NCBI RefSeq assembly: GCF_006345805.1
Contig: NC_043000.1
Location: 91,512,001-91,576,000, forward strand
DNA: 64,000 nt
Direction of reading: 5' to 3'
From: Octopus sinensis
Taxonomy: Eukaryota
Position 1 is the first letter of the stretch; every line of letters starts with the position of its first letter. The notes below the pieces were generated by a model. That model saw only the letters and a list, made by a program, of their open reading frames with translations. It was not told the origin of the DNA and did not search any database. Both the position numbers and the translations under genes were made by a program. Below, piece after piece: positions 1-13,541 of the stretch.

Positions 1-290
1 CCATAACAGGTTATGATTACGATCCAACGAGGGACGTTTTAATGTTGGTACTTGACCTGCGAGAAATAGTCGCCAGACCTCACTTACACACACACACATA
101 CGCACACACGAGAAAGAGAGAGAGAGAGAGAGACAGAGACAGAAACAGAGACAGAGAGAAGGACAGGAAGTAAGTTCATGATATTTCATTTATTTCGTTT
201 CCATTACGACCGTTTCAGTGACTGATAGTCAAGAACATTTAATAAATAGGAAATTGTAATTGTTTATCTCGATCAGAAATTGCATCATCG

Positions 291-335
<45 letters not shown>

Positions 336-832
336 TATCGATCGCACAAATAGTGTATGTGCGACGATAATGTTTTCCTTATTAGAGGTCCTTATAAATC
401 TTCGAAGTTTATTTTTTATACGCACACACATGCACACACGTGCACATACGTACACACACACACATATATACACACACATATGCATATGTATCTATAAGCC
501 CAATGGCTATTTGCGACACCAGCGTCTGGATAGGCACTGAGATTTTATATATCAATGAAGGAGGAATTTCGACTGATGTGTCTAGTCGAACGTCTGCCAT
601 TGAGAAGACCAAGGCATGGCGAAATGACGTGATCCACCAGTTCCAGCGGCCGCAGCCGATAATCATCGCCTATCATCGATATAACTGCGCGTGCTTATAT
701 GCATCACAATTCCATACGAGAGATCCTCCTCAAATTAAATAACGCAGTATTCTATGTTGTAACAAAACATCCACTTTGAATGGAGGATAAATATTACCTT
801 TTAGCATTTATACCGTTTCTGTTGAATGATAT

Positions 833-866
<34 letters not shown>

Positions 867-3376
867 GGTGTGTGGTGTGTGTTGTGTGTGTGTGTGTGTA
901 TGTGTGTGTGTGGTTTGTTATGTGTGTGGTTGGTGTAAGTGTGTGTGTGTAAGTGTGTGTGTGTGTGTGTGTGTACACATTACTGGGAATTTCAAAAATG
1001 GAATTTAAATAATGATGTTATAATAAAGTTTCTCTGGTACTACAGAAGTTGCATGAACCGATAAAGATTTATAAGTTGTTTATTTAGAATGAGCATTAAT
1101 TATATGAAATGAATAGTCATGACTGTTGTCACTATTGTTTGGCTTCCTCATACCTTCTCTGAGCAGAAATATAACCAAATGTGGTTCAGTTCTGACCAAT
1201 GAGCTGGAATAATCGTACATCTACAATAATAGGGATCCTTTCTCTCATTGTTACAGACGTTGGTGTGTGATTTATACTTAATTTGGCTATCATTTCGAGC
1301 AGATTCTTGTGCCACTTTGAAGCGCTACTATTAGATCATCAATTATTTGAGTAATCATTGTATTTAGTATTTTACGTTTAACTATTTCTTGAGAGGGAGA
1401 GACCTACATTTGACATTTTTGTAACGCACATTTTGTATTTCGCCACCTGAAAATAAAAAGTCCAGTGATGGCGTTAGATATTCAGACAAAAATTTATTCA
1501 TATGTGCTTCATGTTCTTCTGTTCTATGCCTCTTGGGTAAGTTTTTAAAGCAAAAGAGCAACGTATCAGCATGATGTTTATTTTGTTTCTCTCTAACAAA
1601 TTTCTAAATGTGTGAAATTGAAAACAAAATCTTTCAAAATAACGAATAGCAGATCGCACATGCACATCTATAAGAAAAACTGATAACATCTCGGGTTGTC
1701 GACTAAAAAGTATTCTATCCATTGTATAGAAAACATGATGACTTTTTCCAAGAAGAAGAGAAAAAGAAGAAATTATGAGAAATAGCAAAAAGTTTCGGAA
1801 AGAGATAGAGAAGGAAGCAACACAAAATAAAAAAAAAGCAAGAAAACTGTAAGTCTGAGAACAGATGAAGTAAGAAGAGGCAATTATGAAATAACACATT
1901 GAGAGAGAGGATGGCGTGGTGTAGAAAGCGATAAGAAGTTCGATGCTTGTTATATCATATATTGTTTAAGTACGAACATAGTGAGTGTGCCATAATACAC
2001 ATCAACATACACTCCACATAGCAACGGTTGCAACGCGGAGAAATAATGAATAAAAGAAGTAAAACAAGAAATGAAGGTCAGGTGATGAAAGAAAACTAGC
2101 AACGAAGAACAGGAGAAAGAAGACAGTTGAAAGCAAGAATATTCAAGATGGAATTACATTTCATATTTTTGCGATTTTATCATTACTATTTTTGTAAATT
2201 TTTACTGTGTCCTCAAAAATTTGGGTATTATGGATACCCTTACAGAATAATTTCCAGTATATTACTGTATTTTATTTTACTTATAAAGAAGGATAATAGT
2301 TCAATTATGTTAGAGCATATTGTTAAACTGTGAATGAAATTCTGGGGAATCTAAAACTTTTATGCGCTATGGATCTACAGCTAGAAAGTTTTTCTCCCCC
2401 AGGTGCAGGCCTTGTAAAAAGTTTTCTTTTGTTGAAGAATAACAATTGCCTGTATATGCATATCACCGTTGTTGTCCAAGGGAAAGGCAGAGACAATACT
2501 ACCTGCAACGTGTGAGCGTTACTCTCGGAACAGGTATGGCTAAGCATCCTATCAGGTACCTTAATGATTTCACTGGCACTTTAATTAACGACACCGAATT
2601 AATAAATGGAAAAGGTAACCTAGGTGCGATTTGGACTCAGAATGCAGACCAAGAAAATGTACAGCAAGGCATCTATGTACAGTTAACATTAAATATAAGA
2701 AGGTAGAAAGCTACCTGACCTTTAAGATAGTCAAACACTTAGAATTTTATCTTTTTTTTTATTTTAGAAAAATTGCTTTAGAAATGCATCTTTGTAGAGG
2801 AAAAACTATTAACCTATTCCTCAACTTTCCATGTAGCTCATATTTGTTCAAGATAAACGTAAGTACTCTGGCATGAGTGATACTGGAATCGATGTAATCG
2901 ACTTACGCATCCCCCCGAAATTACTGGCATTGTACCAAATTTTAAAACCTATTTTCTTATGCAATCTTAAAGAATGAACTTCTACCTTCAATAGTTCTTT
3001 TTGAAAGACAAAGGGTGTTTCATATTAGGAGTGAGTGCTTCGACCTGATTTCTTTAACATTGAAGGATATAAATATCCTCCCGTAGAGGATCGTAAACTA
3101 TCATAGCAAAATATTAAAGGTTTCCTACAGGGCCCATTTAGTTGTATAGGCAGCCTTAGTGCACCTAAGACTATACAACTTAGTATAAGCTAGTGATTTA
3201 GAGGAGATATAACTGATATTTCTAACATAATAAGTGTTCACGTACAAGTTATCTCGTTGGTTCGTCAATACTTATATAAAAATATAAATCGTGCATAGAA
3301 ATTATAGTCAACATTAATACACCTTAATTACCTCTATATTGCATTAAGTACACGTGTATATGTGTATGTATATATG

Positions 3377-3431
<55 letters not shown>

Positions 3432-3745
3432 CATATTAATATCACTCTCTCTATATATATATATCTTTATACGCATACATGGTTCATATATATTCATTTG
3501 TAAATATATGCTTATTTTAAATTACAAACTAATAATAAATAATCACATTGTTTAAATTAATTAATTATTATTTTTATAGATATTTAATTGATGTTTGCAT
3601 TAACTTATCGTTAATTAGTTTTCAACAGATATTCTTATAAATAGATATAATATACATTAGATCAAAGAGCAATAAATTACGAAACGCTGTTAGTTATTAG
3701 TCAATAGTCGTTGCTTTTATTTTGTTATATCATGGTATTGTTATC

Positions 3746-3806
<61 letters not shown>

Positions 3807-3819
3807 TATTATTATTATT

Positions 3820-4373
3820 GAGTGAGAGAGCAGTGCATGCCATCAAAATGACACTGGGGTAAAATATACGAAGCCCAGTATACCCATCATGACTACCTGT
3901 CTGATAAGGGTACACCAGGCACATGCATCACAATCATGTGTGTGCGACATGGTGATCTCATATCAAGATAAACAGCGCATGACTTTTCAAGTGGGGCCGT
4001 TAGAATTCTCTTCAGCTCGTGTAGCCCACCCGACTCAAAAGATCCCTGAATAAGGTTTGTTTAAGGATGATGACCAAAATACCCATTTTTCCGGAGCTGA
4101 ATTATTTGAACCCCAAAGAATTCCTCTCAACACACGGCTATGATGCTCCCCCACTACTTCTGCTCGTAAGCAGAGATGCACATATCGTTTGCCACTAAGG
4201 TTCATGCTCAACTAGTTATGCTCAAGCAATTGACAAGCAAATTTGTGGTATTGAGCAGAATATTTGCGGTAGCCCATCTTTTATATCAAAACAAAACAAT
4301 GTACATGACATCACTTCCAATCGGTTAAGAAGAAAAGCCACGAGAGCTACTGCTTAGTACTGCATCAAAGCAT
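3820..4373 (-). mobile_element. (TAA)n-targeting non-coding retroelement, ~555 bp (possible R4/Dong-clade non-autonomous derivative)
   Basis: Homologous to 13542-14185, 26324-26758 and 47132-47687. (ATT)n on both flanks; sense 3' end CTCTCTCACTC(AAT)n. The clade is inferred from target preference only. Confidence 0.75.
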
Positions 4374-4387
4374 ATTTATTATTATTA

Positions 4388-4988
4388 ACACCTGCTGTCG
4401 TGTGTGGGACAGATCCGGCTGTCGATTGAATTCATCGTGAAGACCGCCCAGTTACCTTCCTTTAACCAGGAAGGAAAGGTTGTGTTTATATGCCTGGTAG
4501 CCATGGCAAAAGAGGCTGTGTGGTGGGCGAGATTGAAGGGGCTGAAGACAAGCACTTTTCTCTTTGGCCAATCCATGATCAACTTCTTCAAGTTTCACTT
4601 GAATAGGAGAATAAGGGTAGAGAGGGAAGAGTTGTCTTCTGACCAGTTTGCTGAAAGGTGGTTGAAAGTGGCGAGAATGGTGCGAGTGAACGGGCCTGCC
4701 CTGACCCTACGCCTGTAGTTGGGGAAAAAAGGAAAGGAAAAAGCACCTGCTCCAAAGTCAGGGTACCCATAGTTTTTATGGGAGTTTTTCCTTGAGCAGC
4801 CCTCGAACGTCTTCTCCCTGCTGAAGATTACACATTGTTGATCTCTTTTTTCTTTTGCTTTATATAATTTTTTTAGTCTTGTTTACACGCAAAACGCTCA
4901 TAAACACACACACTCATATTCTTTGTTTTGTCTTGTACTGTCCATAATGTTTTTGTATTAATGTTAACCCTTGTGGTTAATAAAGAAA

Positions 4989-4989
<1 letters not shown>
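4388..4989 (+). mobile_element. 5'-truncated Tx1/L1-clade LINE: ORF2 C-terminus plus 3' UTR
   Basis: ORF 4404-4718 has LVAMAKEAVWWAR and a terminal F-x-x-x-W, as in L1/Tx1 ORF2 C-termini. A T-rich UTR follows, ending AATAAAGAAAT then (TTA)n. Confidence 0.7.
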
Positions 4990-5058
<69 letters not shown>

Positions 5059-5234
5059 CATCATCATCATTTAATTCTGCTAATTCTGATCATCACTGAC
5101 TCAATAGAGATCTCACAATTTGATCATAATACAATGGATTCCATATATCTAACATAAAATATTTGCTATAAAACAAGTTATTTGCAGTTTCAATCCCAAT
5201 AAAAGGCATTTTCAACAAGTTTCATTTATTGTAA

Positions 5235-5455
5235 GCTTAGGTTGGACATGCACTCATAATCTTAAGATTGCAGTTTCGATTTTTGACTAGTGGACATATG
5301 GTGTTTTTGTGCAAAACACTTCATTTTACGTTGCTCCAGCTCAATTTCCTAACGAAAATGAGTAATCTATGACGGAATGGTGTCCCGTCCATGAGAGAAT
5401 ATATGCGGCACAGGAACCAGGAAACCAGCCTTATGAGTGTGACTCGGAGAGGATC
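5235..5455 (+). mobile_element. Degenerate SINE (CORE-like centre plus V-domain-like tail)
   Basis: caaaacacttcattttacgttgctccag resembles the centre of 56948-57272; ggtgtcccgtcca...gaaaccag resembles the tails at 55.5 and 62.7 kb. Confidence 0.45.
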
Positions 5456-5989
5456 TTTATCCCATACATACATACATACATACATACAGACATACATACA
5501 TACATACATACATACATACATACATACATACATACATACATACGTACATACATACATATGCATATATGTCTGTGTTAGTGTAAGCATAAATCATTCAATT
5601 AATCTACCTAAGTATGTATGTTTGTTGGCATGCATATGTGTATATATACTGTAAAATGTGTTTTTGGAAAAATGCTTCAGGTTATAGGCACAGTAGAAAT
5701 ATTCCAAATGCTACTCTTATGCTTGACTTGATTTGACAATAACTATCATAACTTCAAATATGCTAATATGAAGAATCCACAGCTCAATATAGGAATAGGA
5801 ACTTAGAAAATATAACTGGTAATTTATGCTTTATATAATGTTATTATTCCTGTTAATGCTGACGATGTAAGTCAACTGCACTGTTTTGCATAATAGAGCC
5901 TACCGGCTTATGTAACGATAGCTTTGTCTTACTGAAACACGTGTACATTTTATAAAATATAAAATACCAGTTATATTTTATACGTTCCA

Positions 5990-6038
<49 letters not shown>

Positions 6039-6230
6039 GCGCGTGTGTTTGCGTGAATGAACTTATGATTGCCAGTGTTGTGCATAAAATGGAACTTTGC
6101 CATTCCATGAACACATTTTTGCATGAACAAAATTTGCACTCGGCTCAATATGATCGTTTAAAACCCTTAATAGCGGTGTCCAAGAATAGCACTGATCAAA
6201 CAAGCGGAGGTATCAAAAGAAAAAAAGAAA

Positions 6231-6560
6231 TGCTCCAGATATATCAGTTACGATTGGGTTTTTTCCGAAAAAAAATCAGCGGTCTATGTTTTTATTATCA
6301 ATTTTACCCCATCATATCCTTATGCTATGTCCTACATTTCTGAAGTTAATATAACGGTTCCAGTTTTATATTTAAAATAAGGTAGAAATTTTGTTAGCGA
6401 GTGCTCCAGATATATCAGTTACGATTGAACTTTTTCAAAACATCAGCGGTCTAATCAATTTTACCCCATCATATCCTTATGTTGTGTTCTACATTTCTGA
6501 AGTTAATAAAACGGATCCAGTTCTTTATAAAAATAAGGCAGAAATCTTGTTAGTGAGTGC
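6231..6560. repeat. Diverged tandem duplication, ~170-bp unit x2
   Basis: tgctccagatatatcagttacgattg starts at both 6231 and 6401, with colinear similarity downstream. Confidence 0.85.
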
Positions 6561-7199
6561 AACACAGAAAAGATTTCATACATTCCAATCTAATTCACTG
6601 TTTCATGGAAGTAACTAATTTAATTGAATAACGTACGAATAAAAAGCGAATGGGAAGTCCAAAGTTAAACAGCAACAAATATAAGGTATTGAAAGCTGCT
6701 CATTGTTAGCAATTTTCAGTTCGAAGTCCTTCTCTCTCTCTGTCCGCGTCTTTGTCTCTCTCTCCCACATCTTCTCCGCTCTCTCTTCCTCTCTCTCATG
6801 TTTTCTCTTTTGCTCAATCACTCTCTTTCTTTCGCCTTCTCTTTCTCTTTGGATATTGTTTGCTTGATGGTAATTTCTTAGTTACATTTCTCATAATTGA
6901 GGTGCATATTATGTATGTTTTGTAATTGACAAAGTGTCAACATGAGGTTTGTGTAAATACTGAAAGTTCTTTCCTTTTCGTTGAGAAGACAAAAGAAAAT
7001 ATAAACAATAACAAAGAGTAGAATGGAGAAGAGCAGACAGGAAGAAAACACATGAGTGAAAGAGAGTGAAAGAGAGAGAGAGAGGGGGGACAGAGAGGGA
7101 GAGAATGAGAGTAAGGAGCCATTAATAGGAATCAAATCTAAATATAAAATGCATACAAATATCACACATGAACACAGAAATACACATACATGACACACA

Positions 7200-7239
7200 C
7201 TCACACTCATATATATATATAAATATATGTATGTCTCCC

Positions 7240-7324
<85 letters not shown>

Positions 7325-7386
7325 ATATACATACAAATATATATATGTATATCTATTTCCCCATATATACATGTATATATACATAA

Positions 7387-7423
<37 letters not shown>

Positions 7424-7455
7424 AACACAGGCGCGCACACACACACACCACACAC

Positions 7456-7502
<47 letters not shown>

Positions 7503-7586
7503 CACATATATTTTTATACGTATATGCAAACATACAGATATACATGCATCCATATATTTTCTCTTTGTGTTTTCATGTTTGGATTA

Positions 7587-7626
<40 letters not shown>

Positions 7627-7627
7627 T

Positions 7628-7672
<45 letters not shown>

Positions 7673-7740
7673 TATATATTATATATATATATATATATGT
7701 ATGTATTTATATATATATGTGTGTGAGTGTACGTGCATGT
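7200..7740. repeat. Compound (TA)n/(CA)n microsatellite
   Basis: Directly visible. Confidence 0.95.
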
Positions 7741-8164
7741 GTAGACAGAAAACTTGGCATAAAGTAGACAAAATGAAGTAGAAGTAAAATAAAGAAAAAC
7801 AACACCTCTACAAAATAACTATTAGGAATGATTGTTAAAAGTAAGAATCACTCTTAACAATCATGAGACTGAATACATTTCTAACGGAAGATTTCCGAAT
7901 CTTTTATTCTTTAACTAAACATAATCAGAGAGAGTGTTGTTAAGTTCCAAGTGATTAATATAGATCAATCTACATTTTTCAAAGAATCAACCTACTAATT
8001 CTAAATATTTGCCAAGATACCAAAATGTAGAAAAAAAATAATCAAAAAACGAAAAAAATCATAATTTTGGTTTCCATTCCTAATTTTTGTATACTTTGAT
8101 TATTTTACATATTTTTTAATAATATTTTCTTGCATTAGATTATTCTTTGCAGTTATTATTATTA

Positions 8165-8237
<73 letters not shown>

Positions 8238-9813
8238 CATTATTATTATTACCGTCGTTGTTATTTGTATTATAACATCCTTTTTACCGAAGTGATGATT
8301 TTTGTTTGTAATAATACGGTGAAACATCATCTCTTTTACAAATCGGCATTTTGCAATCAAGATAATTTCAGAGACAAAACTAACAACTGATCGGTTTGGA
8401 GGTCAATAATTATATCTGAATGTTGGAATTCTCCACAGACATTCTGATTCGATGCTAATCAATGCTGTGATCTTAGAGTTATCTCATAATGAAGAGAATT
8501 TCCTGCTTAATGTTTGTGCCTCGTCTTTTCACTCTGTTTCTTATATTTGTCTTTATTTTTTTTTAACATTTATTTTTCCTTTGCCTTATTTGTTGTTCAT
8601 ATGCTAATTAACTTGTCTTTGTTTTCTATAATAGATATTAAGAGAAATTCACCAACTGTTTGTATGTTTCGCTGTAAAATTATTAATTTTTCCTCATTAT
8701 TATTTATTATTATTATTATTTTATTTTGCCTCCACAGAAGATGGAAAATTTCAAAGATGAATTCTTCTGTTTATAGAAGACTTGTAGTTCTTTAAAAAAG
8801 AGAAATAGTAATTTCTTGAAAGCCTTTTATATAATTTATTTTTTCATCTTTGGTCTCACATTTAGGATTAGTGTTTTCCGGTTATATTTAATGGAACTAA
8901 AAGCAACAGTGTTTGTATGCATGTACGTTTGTGTGTATATATATATACATGTATATGATGTATGTATGAGTAAACATATATACACATATATATGTACATA
9001 TGTGTATATGTGTGTATGTATATGTATGTATATGTATAGACACATATTTTTACACATGCATACATAGATTCTCGGTAAAATGTGTGCTCAAATATGAATA
9101 TTATTCTTACACATGCATACAAAGATTCTCTGTAAAATGTATGGTCAAATAGGAATATATATGTATATGTTAATATTGTTTATGCATGTACTCACGCAAA
9201 TATGTATGCATATACGCACATACTCATACGCATGTACATAGAATAAGTGTTCGAGAATTAATACACACATTAGTCTTAATTGATGCAAACGCCGCTCATA
9301 CATTGTTTATTATTGCTAGTTTTGTCAAATTGTCTCTATATAAATATATTTCGTGATGGTGTGTATGTAAGCATATGTGTAGTTATCTTCATGCGTGTAT
9401 GTTAGTATGCGGGTGTGAATGATGTTACTATAAATTAAAACTTTTCCGAATCTAAATCTGCAACATACCTTCGATTTGTTGTTGAGCCATTTCCTACCTC
9501 TTTACATTTTATCTGTGATTTCTTGTTCAAGTTATTGAGTGGGACGTCCTTATTGTTTACATTTGTTTTTTGTTTTTTAAAAAATTATATATCATTTAAT
9601 TATATTGTGTTTATATAAATTCATTAAATTATTTCATATATACATTTGTTCTAAAAAGTATTTCATACGTTTCACTATATCGCATAATGCCTTTACTCCA
9701 TCTCTTTTTTATACAATTATCTGATTACCTCCGTGTGTTCTTGTAATATCTTTGTTACAAAAAAATTGTATGCAATGAATGACTGGTTATAGCTATATAA
9801 TAAATTTCTCAAA

Positions 9814-10049
9814 AGGCGGCGAGCTGGCAGAAACGTTAGCACGCCGGGCGAAATGCGTAGCCGTATTTTGTCTGTCGTTACGTTCTGAGTTTAAATTCCG
9901 CCGAGGTCGACTTTGCCTTTCATCCATTCGGGGTCGATAAATAAAGTACCAGTTTCGTACTGGGGTCGATGTAATCGACTTAATCAATCCGTTTGTCTGT
10001 CCTTGTTTGTCCCCTCTATGTTTAGCCCCTTGTGAGCAGTAAAGAAATA
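9814..10049 (+). mobile_element. SINE-A monomer (tRNA-like head, core, long tail) with 20-bp TSD
   Basis: Head ggcggcgagctggcagaaacgttagc; B-box-like gagtttaaattcc. TSD tatataataaatttctcaaa at 9794-9813 and tatataataaattgctcaaa at 10050-10069 (1 mismatch). Confidence 0.9.
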
Positions 10050-10880
10050 TATATAATAAATTGCTCAAACATGAACATATGCCGACATGTCTTCAGAGAT
10101 TCCTTGACGATTACGACGACGAGGGTGAAGAGGTGTTGTCAGCGTTCTGTGGTAAGCCCTCCAGTATTTCATTTCTTTGACCGTGCTGCAATTTTAGGTC
10201 AAGTGCAAACCTAGGTCGGGCCTTTGGTATCATTGCACTCTATCAGTTGGTTGGTGTAAAGTCTACTTTGGCGTTTCATAGATATCTTTACGAGTGATTC
10301 TGGTTGTCGACGAGTACAATCTGCACTGGTGCTTCTGGATAACTGTTAGATTTGATCTTGTAAAAAAGTTCCTCATATCCTTAGCTTAGCAGCATTAATG
10401 AGGTGTAGTGTCTGTTTTGGATAAACTTCCCGGGTAAGGCTGTATTGAAGCCTCCAGTAACCAAATTGGTCCTGAATGCGCGCCAGGTGACAAAACAGTT
10501 TGACGCGAACTCGTTCAATGTGTATGCATTTCTGTTTTATGGGTTTATATTGAACTGCTGTTAACACATATGAGACAGACTCGGCTATCTGCTGAGTATT
10601 TTGTGAAGATTGAATTACCATCTTCCTTTGGCAAAGAAGAAAGGGTTATCTTGTCTGAAAACAGTGCTTTTCAACTCTCACTAAAATACTTGTTTTTTTT
10701 TTTCAAGTCCCATATGAAGAATGCGGTAAGGGTAGAGGAAGGCAAAGATAGAGAGGAAACTGAAAGTAGAGAGGAAAGTGAGAGTAGAGAGGAAGATGAG
10801 AGTGAAGATAAGTGCTGCCTTTTAATACATTTCATTATTATGGTTATTGTTGTTGTTGTTGTTGTTGTTGCTGCTGCTGC

Positions 10881-10917
<37 letters not shown>

Positions 10918-10926
10918 ATTATTATT

Positions 10927-11146
10927 AAGGCAGTGAGCTGGCAGACTTGTTAGCATCGCTGAACGAAATACTTAGCGGTATTTGACTCGTCGCTCCTTTC
11001 TGAATTCAAATTCCGCCAAGGTCGACTTAGCCTTTCATCTTTTCGTAGTCGATAAATTAAGTACAAGTGAAACACTGGGGTTGATGTGATCGACTATCAC
11101 TCTCCCCTCAAATTCCAGACCTTGTGTCTATAGTAGAAAGGATTAC
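10927..11146 (+). mobile_element. SINE-A monomer, short tail
   Basis: Head and core match 9814; ends ccttgtgtctatagtagaaaggatta. Confidence 0.85.
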
Positions 11147-11501
11147 TGTTATTATTATTGTTGTTGTTGTTGTTGCTATATTGAAAAATGCATTTATATC
11201 TATTGTTTCCTTAACTGTATGATTTAATATTTTATATTAAATTTATTCGCTCACAATTTTAATTTTTTCAAACAATAATTTATAATCTTTAATAACATTT
11301 CCAAGTTATACATTGAATACATGTACAATAAAGAAGTCAACGTAAATCAATTTCATTAGAAGTAACTGAGTAATATATATATATATATACATGTATGTAT
11401 GTATGTATACATGTATGTATGTATGTATGTATGTATGTATGTATGTATGTATGCATGTATGTATGTATGTATGTATGTATGTATGTATGTATGTATGTAT
11501 G

Positions 11502-11544
<43 letters not shown>

Positions 11545-11669
11545 CATGTATGTATGTATGTATGTATGTATCCATGTATGCATGTATGTATATGTAAGTG
11601 TGTGTGTATATATACATATATCTTTTGCTGTAGAATACGTAGCCATAAATAACATTTAATGACTTTTTA

Positions 11670-12305
11670 TTGGGTTGGCCAAAAAGTTCGTTCAGTTTTC
11701 TTGAGCGAAAATAAGACAAGTTTTCAACGCAGAACGATTTATTCAATCTATAATATAATTACCGTTTCATTCCAGTATCTGCTGCCACCTTTTGGGCAAA
11801 TCTATTATTCTTTCCTCGAAGAATTTCCTGTCTTTATTGGCAAAAAACTTTTTCAGGTGAATTTTTACGTCCTTAAAATTCGAAGGTTTGTCTAGTCAAT
11901 GAATTTTGAAGTGACTGAAGCAGGTAGAAGGCACAAGATCGGGTAAATATGGAGGTTGTGGCGAAGCTTTCCAGTCAAGCCCCTGTAACTTCTACCACGT
12001 CTGTAAAGAAGTGTACTGTCTGGCATTGTAGGGATGAAGGACATTGCCCTTACGATTAGGAAATACTGGACGTTGCTTGTGAATCTCAGCGTTTAAGTTG
12101 TCCAGCTGGTCACAGTACACACTTGAATTGTTGGTCTTGTCGGTGGGAAGAAGGTCACAGAAGACAACACCCTTACAATTCTACCAAATTAAACATAACC
12201 TTTTTTTCGGGTGAAGTCTTGCTTTGACGGTTATTTGTGGTGGTTCGCCGTTTTCCCCATCATTGTTTGCACTTCACGTTGCTATGGACGGTTCATGTTT
12301 TGTAT
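11670..12305 (-). mobile_element. Mariner transposon remnant: catalytic/C-terminal part and one TIR
   Basis: TA then TTGGGTTGGCCAAAAAGTTCG. Minus-strand reading gives KGVVFCDLLP...YCDQLDNL...PPYLPDLVPS (cf. HPPYSPDLAPSD), with stops and frameshifts. Confidence 0.85.
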
Positions 12306-12309
12306 ACTT

Positions 12310-12707
12310 TTTTTTTTCTTTTCTACTCTAGGCACAAGGCCCAAAATTTTTGCAGGAGGGGACCATTCGTTTAGATAGGCCCCTGTAACTGGTACTTAAT
12401 TTATCGGCCCCAAAAGAATGAAAGGCAAGGTCGACCTCGGCAGAATTTGAACTCAGAACGTAACGGCAGACGAAATACCTATTTCTTTACTACCCACAAG
12501 GGGGCTAAGCTAAACACAGAGGACAAACAAGGACAGACAAACGGATTAAGTCGATTATATCGACCCCAGTGCGTAACTGGAACTTATTTAATCGACCCCG
12601 AAAGGATAAAAGGCAAAGTCGAGCTCGGCGGAATTTGAACTCAGAACGTAGCGGCAGACGAAATACCGCTAAGCATTTCGCCCGGCGTGCTAACGTTTCC
12701 GCCAGCT
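12310..12707 (-). mobile_element. SINE-A dimer (head-core-long tail-core-short tail) inserted in the mariner
   Basis: Two cores with the junction aaagaaatag|gtatttcg at 12479/12478. Confidence 0.85.
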
Positions 12708-12711
12708 ACAT

Positions 12712-12957
12712 GCTTTGAATCTTGTAACCATTCACTTAAAAACAAATCATTTTCTTCACGCATCTGTAATGAATCGTAGACGAAAATCCGTTGGGCAACG
12801 TATGCTTCATTCAATTGATATTGAACACAAACATCGAGCCTGCCGACACAACCAATTTGTTTCAGATGGTTTTTGACACTGTATCTAGACATGTGGAGAA
12901 GATCTGTGATCGTCTTGTTCGTATAAGGGAGGTTTTTGTGGACTAACATCTTCATTT
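12712..12957 (-). pseudogene. Mariner transposase N-terminal fragment
   Basis: HLKQIGCVGRLDVCVQYQLNE...R...DSL...FL matches the mariner HL..G...rldvWVPHeL...R...SLL.R...FL region. Confidence 0.75.
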
Positions 12958-12971
12958 AGTCGTTCGTTGCT

Positions 12972-13385
12972 TGCAGACCACATGGTTCCGGGTTCAGTCT
13001 GACTGCGTGGCACCTTGGGTAAGTATCTTGTACTATGACTTCGGGCCGACCAAAACCTTGGGAGTTGATTAAGTAGACGGAGCAGATGAAAACAGAAAAA
13101 AGCCCGTCGAAATATGTGTGTGTGTAAATATATGTATGTATATATGTTTGTATTTATACATCTATTTGTGTGTGTGTTTGTGTTTGTCCTCCACCACCGC
13201 TTGACAATCGGTGATGGTTTGTTTACATCCGCATAAAATAGCGGTTATGCAAAAAGAGATCAGATAGACTAAGTATCAGACTTGAAAACATAAGTACTGG
13301 GGACGATTTCTCCGACTAAACATTTGAAATCGGTGCTCCAGTGTGGCCACAGTCCAATGACCGAAACGAGATAAAGATAAAAATA
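12972..13385 (+). mobile_element. SINE-C (tRNA-like head, internal microsatellite)
   Basis: cacatggttccgggttcagtc...ggcaccttgggtaagtatctt...gcccgtcg(TA/TG)n...gtgctccagtgtggccacagtc; same family as 31480 and 58251. Confidence 0.8.
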
Positions 13386-13480
13386 TAAAATATAAAAGAT
13401 ATTATTCTGAATAAAATGAAGCATTTTAAAGCAAGTTATTTGGACATTGTGTGAACTGTAGTTAATAATAATAATAATAA

Positions 13481-13525
<45 letters not shown>

Positions 13526-13541
13526 TAATAATAATAATAAT

